Assembly (NCBI GenBank): GCA_963653425.1
Contig: CAVJWC010000005.1
Coordinates: forward strand, 937 to 64,936
Reading direction: 5' to 3'
Origin: Eubacterium sp.
Lineage (GTDB): Bacteria; Bacillota; Clostridia; Christensenellales; CAG-314
DNA length: 64,000 bases
Positions 57,939 through 64,000 of this stretch are shown here, piece by piece; the stretch's first letter is position 1, and each line of letters begins with the position of its first letter. The notes under the pieces are model-generated. The model ran no database searches, was not told where the DNA came from, and saw nothing but the letters and a program-made list of their open reading frames with translations. The position numbers were made by a program, and so were the translations under genes.

Positions 57939-58421
57939 CTATCTTTCCGAATGAAAAAGAAAACCGCGTGCGATTTCCGTCGCTTCGTCTATGGTTTTGG
58001 GCTTTTTGGGCGGTGCGGGAACGAAAGCTCCGCTTGCTCCCGAAAGAACTTTGGGCGGAAGGTTATTGGCTTTTTCGACGTATCTGTCGATAATGTCGGT
58101 TATGAGCTTTCCGAGGCGTTCTCTTTCCGAGGCGGAGAACTCTCTTCCGCCGTCGCTTTTGTCGTTTTGGGTTTCCTGCGCTTCGTCGTTTTCGTTCCGT
58201 CGTGCGTTTTCGTTTCGGGAAACTCCTTCGTTTCCGTTCCGGAATGCCTTTTCCTCTTGCGCTAAGACTGCGTTTTCGGAATCCGCCCTTTCAAAGGTTT
58301 CGTTTTTCGCCGTTGCGTTATCCTTTTCAAAGGAAGTTTCCGCAATATCGGTTTCCGCGGAAAAAGCCGTTAAGTTCTCGGCGTTTTTGCCCGCTATAAA
58401 GTCGTTTTTGTCCTTAGTCAT
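57939..58421 (-). CDS. acidic low-complexity protein, putative scaffolding protein
   Basis: 160 aa, rich in E/N/A/K. The ATG directly follows the portal TAA, and the GGAGGT RBS lies inside the portal 3-prime end. The portal-to-capsid position is typical for a scaffold. Confidence 0.5.
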   Translation of the reverse strand: MTKDKNDFIAGKNAENLTAFSAETDIAETSFEKDNATAKNETFERADSENAVLAQEEKAFRNGNEGVSRNENARRNENDEAQETQNDKSDGGREFSASERERLGKLITDIIDRYVEKANNLPPKVLSGASGAFVPAPPKKPKTIDEATEIARGFLFHSER

Positions 58422-59975
58422 TTATACCTCCGTGTTTTGTATAAGGGAACCCAGTCCCATAGTTTCGAGAAGTTTGTTTTTGGTAGCGAGAGAAACCTTT
58501 CCGTCTTCGCCGTTAAGAAGTCCCGAATTAAAGATTTCGAGGGCTATGCTTATCATTCTTACGGGCGCGGAATTTCCTTCGCTTTCGGTGATTATGCTGA
58601 AATCCTCTTCGCAGTCTTCGTTTCCGTGCGCGGAAGCTTCGTTATAATCTGCGTGTGCGTCGTTTTTGTTTGCGTTCGGGGCGTTTTCCTTGTCCTTTGG
58701 CGCGAACTGAGCGTAAAGAGATATGATTTTGCCTGCGATTTCGCGGGTTGCGCCGTTTATGGAGTCGGACGAAACGGAAATTCTCGAATCGTCCTGTTCG
58801 AGAAGCAGGTTAAGAGCCGTTCCGCTGGTTACTCTTACGGGCGAAGAATTGCGCATAAAGTCGCTTACTCCGCTTATAACCGAAAACTCTTTGAGAATGC
58901 GTTCTTCTTCGGATATAAAGTCGGAAGGAAGTTTATCCGTCGTCATAAAGGACGGAACCGTCGAACCTTGCCTGTATACGAGGATTTTCCCGGGGTAAAG
59001 CCCTTCTTCTTCGAGTTCGTCAACGTTGACCGAACCGTCTTCCACCGCGAGAATACCGCCCGCAAGTCTCGAAAGCAGTTCGTGTTTCTTGTTTTTAACG
59101 TCGTTGTAGGCTCTTTGAAGGGGAATAAGTCTTTCTATCACGCTCGTTCCGAAGAAACTGCCTGCCATAGGCAGAGAAACCTGCCTTACGAAGGGGAAAA
59201 AGAACTTCTTTCCTTTTTTGTAGGGCAGAGGTCCGAGATAGAGAAGCTTGTCTCCCGCTACGATGATAAGTCTTCCCAAGGGGTATTCGCCCGTAGGCTT
59301 TTCGTACTTTTCTATCACCGTAGCCGAGTCTTCGAGATTCTCTTCGCTTTTTTTAACTGCCGAAGAAAGCGAAAAGGCTTGCAGTTTTTCGGGTTTCACC
59401 TCTTCGTTCCATATGCGTTTGATTTCGGCTACGGGCAGGACTCTCGCGTGGATTATCGAACGGCATTCTTCCACGTCGTTTCTTTGAAGGGAGTCGGGAT
59501 ATATCTCGAAGGGCGGACATACGGAAATTTCAGCGTTTCCCGAACCCGAATCCTCTGCGTTCCATACGACTTTATAGAACGCCGTTCCCGTGACTTCGCT
59601 CCAAGCCGTGGCTTCCGAAATAATCCGTCTCATATCGTTCTTTTCAAAGACCGCGTTCACCAGTTTTTCGGCTTTCAGGGCGGAACTTCCCGATTTTTGC
59701 GAAATAGGTAGTATTTTTACGCTCGGACGGGTTCTTAAAAGCTTGGAGCTTCTCGTTTCCATAACGGGCGCAATGTGATTGAAGACTTCGCGGTGTTGCC
59801 AGAAAAAGGTTTTGTCAAAGCTCGTAAGAACGTTTTCGGGAGTAACCGAGCAGTACTGATTACCGTTTAGAAAGTTCATGTTGAGTTGCCAGCCGAGTTC
59901 TTTTTCGCGTCGGATTCTTTTTCGCCGTTCGAAGTCTTCCCTGATTTCGGCTACTGTCTGTTCGTAATATTTCAT
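58422..59975 (-). CDS. phage portal protein
   Basis: 517 aa. The N-terminus ...WQLNMNFLNGNQY... and overall size are characteristic of portal proteins. Lies between the terminase and the scaffold/capsid genes. Confidence 0.82.
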   Translation of the reverse strand: MKYYEQTVAEIREDFERRKRIRREKELGWQLNMNFLNGNQYCSVTPENVLTSFDKTFFWQHREVFNHIAPVMETRSSKLLRTRPSVKILPISQKSGSSALKAEKLVNAVFEKNDMRRIISEATAWSEVTGTAFYKVVWNAEDSGSGNAEISVCPPFEIYPDSLQRNDVEECRSIIHARVLPVAEIKRIWNEEVKPEKLQAFSLSSAVKKSEENLEDSATVIEKYEKPTGEYPLGRLIIVAGDKLLYLGPLPYKKGKKFFFPFVRQVSLPMAGSFFGTSVIERLIPLQRAYNDVKNKKHELLSRLAGGILAVEDGSVNVDELEEEGLYPGKILVYRQGSTVPSFMTTDKLPSDFISEEERILKEFSVISGVSDFMRNSSPVRVTSGTALNLLLEQDDSRISVSSDSINGATREIAGKIISLYAQFAPKDKENAPNANKNDAHADYNEASAHGNEDCEEDFSIITESEGNSAPVRMISIALEIFNSGLLNGEDGKVSLATKNKLLETMGLGSLIQNTEV

Positions 59976-60082
59976 TGGTTACCTCATTTTTGCTTTGTCC
60001 GTATAATACGCGTTTTTATACGGACGGGTAGTAATGTTTATCTTAACGGATTTGCAAATCTTAAGTTGTTTTAAGTCGTCGT

Positions 60083-60364
60083 TTAGTCTTCCTCGTCTTC
60101 CGTGCTTTCGAGACGGGAAAGAAGAATGCGCGCTTCTTTTTTGAGCTGGTTGTCGGACAGTAAAGAGTAGTCGGTTTTATTGAGGTCGCTTTCGAGAAGG
60201 AAACGCAACGCTCCGAGGTCGGGAGCGACGTCTTTGGATACGGTTTTCTTTTTCACGAGTTTAAGCTCTCCGTTTTCGTCCGCCGTATATTCCGAACTTA
60301 TCTCCTTTATCTTGAAGCCTACGGCTTTTTTGTAGATTGTCTGTATGAGTTTGTCGTCTTTCAT
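60083..60364 (-). CDS. small phage protein resembling the C-terminal part of terminase small subunits
   Basis: 93 aa. TAATG overlap with the TerL stop. ...KKKTVSKDVAPDLGALRFLLES... resembles the (V/L)PD..A..F.LKN segment of Firmicute-phage TerS proteins, recalled from memory and not searched. Confidence 0.4.
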   Translation of the reverse strand: MKDDKLIQTIYKKAVGFKIKEISSEYTADENGELKLVKKKTVSKDVAPDLGALRFLLESDLNKTDYSLLSDNQLKKEARILLSRLESTEDEED

Positions 60365-61800
60365 TATGGAAAAGTTGTCCGTCTGCTTTGCTTGATTTTG
60401 CCGTAAAGCCTGCTTTTATCGCGTTCCATATCGGTAGGCTCCGCGAGAGAGCGCGTTCCGCTCATAAGGTAATATCTCATCTCGTCCATAGCGTGATCGT
60501 CGCGTTTTACGGGCGAATCCCCCGAACCGTAGCGGTAATTCTTTATCTCGCGAATAAGGTTCACGCAGTTTTCCGCAATAAACAGTCTCGGCGTTCCGTC
60601 GGCGCTTCTCAGCATTGATTTGACTTTGTTTATTCCCGCAAAGGTGTCTTTGTTGACTTTGGGAATGACCCGAATTCCGTTTTCCGTGAAAAGCTCGGTA
60701 ACCGACTTTGCCGAAGAAAGCGTTTTCTGATTGGCTGCCGAGTCTATAAGAGCCTGAATTTTACCGTCCGCCGTTCTCTTCCAACGTAGTCCGTCGCTTA
60801 TTTCCCTGATTTTTCGGGCGTGATACTCTACGCTCTTTTCGGCTTCGTAATGTTCGGCAACCACGTAAACGTTGTCGTCGGCGTCGCGGGCGTACCAGTG
60901 GCAGGAAAGCGGATTTTTAAGCCCCGGATCTATGGAAAGTATGTCCTGCATGGAAGGTGGGGGCGTAAAAGGCTTGATTATATGAACTTCGGGCTGAAAT
61001 TCGGGGTAAACGAGACCTTCCTTACCGGCAAACCTTCCGTAACGCCTCGATTCGAGTTCTTCTTTGCTCATGGAAGCCGTCATTGCCCTGACTGCCTCTT
61101 TTGAAAGAAAGGGATTGTCCGCCCATTCCATAAAAATCGAAAAGACTTCGGGATCGCGCCTCGAATTCACGTAAATTCTGTCGTAAACCCACGTAAGTCC
61201 TTTTAACGGAGTCATCGTTCCGAAGATAATGCCGTTTCGGTCCAACAGGCGCATTCGGCATTCTTCGTAAATGTCGAGAGGAGGCTCTTCGTCGAACCAC
61301 ACGAAATCGAGATCCGCGCCCTGAAACTTCTCTCGCGACGATTCGCACGACTTGAACCCCAGTCTGGAAAGTCCGCCGAAATCGTTGCGGATAAGGAGGT
61401 AATCTATTATTCCGTATTCGGGAGAAGAAGCGTTGCCTTCCAGCATAACGACCTTTTCGATACGGCTCTTGTCGAGATAACGCAGAATCTTCTTTTGCGC
61501 CACGTCTCTCTGAACGGCAAGAGAAAGCGAAACCGACCAGCCCGAAAGATCGGGTTTATTCGGGCGGTAGGGGTGATTGCCCTGAAGGAGCCATACGCAT
61601 TCCACGGCACCGCATTCGGATTTTCCGCTTCTGTTTCCGCCGAAAACCCACCTGTTGCGCTTTTGGCTTTTATGGAACTCTATCTGTTTGTAGTGTTTTT
61701 TCGTTCTGTTATAGTTGAATAAAGGAAGTTTAAGCCGTCTGTCCATTTCGGAAAGAACGGCTTGCGCTTTGATTCTGTCGTCGTTTTGAGTGATGGTCAT
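60364..61800 (-). CDS. terL: phage terminase large subunit
   Basis: Walker A FGGNRSGKSE, Walker B DFVWFDEE, coupling TMTP, and nuclease motifs SIDPG and DDHAMDEMRYY. Start set at ATG 61800, since the ORF-track TTG at 61893 lies in tandem-repeat DNA. ATG 61746 is also possible. Confidence 0.88.
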   Translation of the reverse strand: MTITQNDDRIKAQAVLSEMDRRLKLPLFNYNRTKKHYKQIEFHKSQKRNRWVFGGNRSGKSECGAVECVWLLQGNHPYRPNKPDLSGWSVSLSLAVQRDVAQKKILRYLDKSRIEKVVMLEGNASSPEYGIIDYLLIRNDFGGLSRLGFKSCESSREKFQGADLDFVWFDEEPPLDIYEECRMRLLDRNGIIFGTMTPLKGLTWVYDRIYVNSRRDPEVFSIFMEWADNPFLSKEAVRAMTASMSKEELESRRYGRFAGKEGLVYPEFQPEVHIIKPFTPPPSMQDILSIDPGLKNPLSCHWYARDADDNVYVVAEHYEAEKSVEYHARKIREISDGLRWKRTADGKIQALIDSAANQKTLSSAKSVTELFTENGIRVIPKVNKDTFAGINKVKSMLRSADGTPRLFIAENCVNLIREIKNYRYGSGDSPVKRDDHAMDEMRYYLMSGTRSLAEPTDMERDKSRLYGKIKQSRRTTFP

Positions 61801-61859
61801 AACTAAATATTCGTCCTTTATAGAAAAGACGGTAAAAAGCGTTTTATTCGGCGAACTAA

Positions 61860-62160
61860 GCCTTTCGTTCAACGAAAAGAGATTTTCGTTCAATCAACCG
61901 AGCCTTTCGTTCAACGGGAACGGTATTTCGTTTAATAAGCAAAGCTTTTCGTTCGACAAGCAGGCTTTTTCGTTAAAAAAACAGGTCTTTTCGACGGTTA
62001 TCGTTAAAAGAAAACAAATCGCCCCATTTATCGGCTTTACCTTTCCTTTACAATAATCATAGGCATTCCGTTTTAATCATCGTGGCTTTTGAATTATCTT
62101 GGCTTTTGAATCAGCCGAGCCGTTGAGTCAGCCGAGCTTCCGAATAAACATGGCTTTTGA
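61860..62160. repeat. degenerate tandem repeats upstream of TerL
   Basis: (c)ttttcgttcaa(c) unit x6, then ggcttttgaat x3 and cagccgagc x2. Confidence 0.5.
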
Positions 62161-62299
62161 ATCGCCGTAATAAAGCTTTCCCGCAAGGCGGTTAATAGCG
62201 GAAGGGTTCGGTTGTCCTTTCCTGCCGTACGCGGTTTGGGCGATCGGCAGGAAGGAACCGAAAAGGAGGGGAAAATGCAAAAAGGAGAGCTTTTGCGTT

Positions 62300-62851
62300 A
62301 TGGATAAGAAATATGTGCCGATTGTGATTTCGGGAGTAATCGTCTGTCTGGCTGTCGCGCTTTTGGTTACAGGCGTTAAGTCCCGCAACACTGAAACTCA
62401 GGATAAGCCCGAAACTTTTGAAGAAGCTTGCTATATAGAGGGCGCGCCGTTCGTATGGATAAAGACCGACGGTGTGTTCCTTCTTTCGAGAACCAATTTC
62501 GGAAAGGCTTTCAGAATGATCGTTATCCCCAAAGGGAGCGTTATTTCGGCGGTGGAAGATTGCGGAAGGTATTTAAGAGTTTCCGTCGGGCAAGACTTCC
62601 TTGTGTACGGGTACGTCCTTAAATGCGACGTTTTTCTGCCCGAAGAGGGCGCAAAACCCTTTTATCCCACCGAATACGTGACCGTTTCGCCTCAGAGAGC
62701 CTGCCTTTGGAAGACTCCCGAAGACTTTTCGGAAGCAGTCGCCGTCGTTTACCGCGGAGATATTCTCGAATTCTACGGAGTGCTAAGCGAAATGTGCCTC
62801 GTCAGAAAGGGCGACCTTTTCGGGTACATAGACTCGGCGTTTATTCGCTAA
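62300..62851 (+). CDS. membrane-anchored protein with two SH3b-like domains
   Basis: N-terminal TM helix PIVISGVIVCLAVALLVTGV. Two segments end in ...LVYGYVLKCDV and ...GDLFGYIDSAFI, typical of bacterial SH3_3 domains. It is on the strand opposite to the surrounding module. Confidence 0.55.
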   Translation: MDKKYVPIVISGVIVCLAVALLVTGVKSRNTETQDKPETFEEACYIEGAPFVWIKTDGVFLLSRTNFGKAFRMIVIPKGSVISAVEDCGRYLRVSVGQDFLVYGYVLKCDVFLPEEGAKPFYPTEYVTVSPQRACLWKTPEDFSEAVAVVYRGDILEFYGVLSEMCLVRKGDLFGYIDSAFIR

Positions 62852-62975
62852 GACCTGCGTAGTCGTTTTTCGGAAAGACTTACCGAGTTTTGCTTTTCGG
62901 GGAATTTACCGTAAGCGTTTTTTCGGATAGAGTTATTTTAGTTGCTTTTCGGGCAGAACTGCGGTAAACGGTTTT

Positions 62976-63509
62976 TCAGGAAGATTTGCCACGGACGAGA
63001 CGGAGGGAGTTTTTGAGGTATTTTGCGTCTATGCCTATGGCGTAAAGATATTTCTGAAAGTCGACGAGAGCTTTTTGAAGGACGCCGATTGCGGACTTGC
63101 GGTTTTTGCCGAAAAGAGAAGAGATCCGTTTGAGGCTTTTACCCGAACAGAAATAATAAATCATCTTTCTTTGCGTTCCGGGAAGGGAACGAAGGGCGCA
63201 TTTTACCGCCGAACTCACTTCTTCCAGACGTTTTTTGATTTCCGAAGCCTTGACAATCTCTTTTATCGCGTCGTCCGTGGAGGTATGGTTGCCGTAAAAT
63301 CCGTGCGAACTTTCGGCAAGCGATCTTATTCCGAGGTCCAATTTTCTGCGGACGGAATTGCCGTTCACCGCAAAACTCAAAGCCCAGAGAGCTTCGTTGC
63401 ATTCGCTTGCGTCCGTGAGTTTCATATACATTTCCCTGTGCGCGTCCTCTATAATCGACGCAACGAGTGAATTTACGTTTATTCTATAATGACCGGTGTC
63501 GATTATCAT
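62976..63509 (-). CDS. sigma-70 region-4-like / ArpU-type phage transcriptional regulator
   Basis: Start moved to ATG 63509 behind AAGGAG. C-terminal LPGTQRKMIYYFCSGKSLKRISSLFGKNRKSAIGVLQKALVDFQKYL looks like a sigma region 4 HTH. It heads the module. Confidence 0.5.
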   Translation of the reverse strand: MIIDTGHYRINVNSLVASIIEDAHREMYMKLTDASECNEALWALSFAVNGNSVRRKLDLGIRSLAESSHGFYGNHTSTDDAIKEIVKASEIKKRLEEVSSAVKCALRSLPGTQRKMIYYFCSGKSLKRISSLFGKNRKSAIGVLQKALVDFQKYLYAIGIDAKYLKNSLRLVRGKSS

Positions 63510-63669
63510 AATCGCTCCTTTTTTAATCAAACAAATGTTTTATAACTCAATTATAACACAGAAAAAGCGACAACACACTGTCATAATTAAGGCAGTAAAA
63601 ATCTTGGCAACGGTTCGGTAAACTCGCTTTACATAAAAATAAGAAAACGCAGAAAGGCAATCCGCCGTC

Positions 63670-63698
63670 TTGACAGAACGGGATTTATGTTATATAAT
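63670..63698 (+). promoter_or_regulatory. consensus sigma-A promoter
   Basis: TTGACA (63670-63675), exactly 17 nt, TATAAT (63693-63698). Confidence 0.65.
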
Positions 63699-63869
63699 AA
63701 TCCGAAAGGGAGGGAGACCGCCCGAAAACGAAAATAAAAACGACGAGCGTAACGTTCTTTTCAAAGGTGAAAGGCGGAAGCTTTTAACTTGAAACGAACG
63801 GAACGCAAAAGGAACGAAAGGCTTTGTTTTACCGAAAAGACAGGATAAAAAAGCCGAAGGAGAGTTATT

Positions 63870-64000
63870 ATGCCCTATTGGCAGGAAGAGAATAATAAAA
63901 ATCTCTCTGATCCGAACGAAAACGATTCCGTCAATTCCAAGGAAGGCGGAACGGATATATGGGGCGTCGTGTCGCAAGGCAGGCAGGAAAGTTCTTCTGC
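63870..64000 (+). CDS. 5-prime end of an unidentified CDS, truncated by the window
   Basis: ATG 63870, 7 nt after AAGGAG. Open to the window end (MPYWQEENNKNLSDPNENDS...). Too short to classify. Confidence 0.35.
   Translation, partial: MPYWQEENNKNLSDPNENDSVNSKEGGTDIWGVVSQGRQESSS

Larger units (their letters stand above)
53193..63509 (-). mobile_element. phage-derived head-assembly module (tail-less as far as visible)
   Basis: Co-oriented regulator, TerL, TerS-like ORF, portal, scaffold-like ORF, capsid and three unknown ORFs. No integrase or att sites were identified, so the mobile-element status is an inference. Confidence 0.55.

Noticed and set aside
1-64000. tRNA, rRNA, tmRNA, defence islands (RM, CBASS, retrons, toxin-antitoxin) and transposases or integrases
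   Set aside because: I found no GTTCGAATC-type T-arm contexts, rRNA-like segments, recombinase or transposase motifs, or defence-gene signatures by eye. This is absence of evidence only, since no search tools were run.

Overview
This is a chromosomal window from a spore-forming Firmicute, Clostridia-like by gene content (spoIIE, sleB-ypeB, gerAA/gerAB). Most of it is housekeeping. It holds thrS behind a T-box leader, gdhA, pgk-tpiA-gpmI, adk-map-infA, mfd, ecfA1-ecfA2-ecfT-truA, serS and cysS. It also holds a NitT/TauT-type ABC pair, minD, a MarR regulator and a 2035-aa S8 protease/BspA-LRR lipoprotein. The clear accessory region is 53.2-63.5 kb on the minus strand. It is a compact phage-derived head-assembly module: a sigma/ArpU-like regulator, TerL, a TerS-like ORF, portal, a scaffold-like ORF, major capsid and three unknown coupled ORFs. 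I could not see tail, lysis, integrase or replication genes in it. The non-coding DNA is unusual in three ways. A dispersed family of palindromic CTTTCTT...AAGAAAG hairpin modules (H family, 7 loci) keeps its stems by compensatory changes and sits at gene 3-prime ends, including inside operons. A second ~195-nt dispersed repeat (R family) has 4 copies. Nearly every long spacer also carries its own private degenerate tandem repeat, and two of these run in frame into CDSs. In-frame TTA/CTA/TCA codons are strongly avoided, which creates very long codon-aligned antisense shadow ORFs. I recognised no tRNA, rRNA or CRISPR features. All functional calls rest on motifs read by eye and no database search was run.
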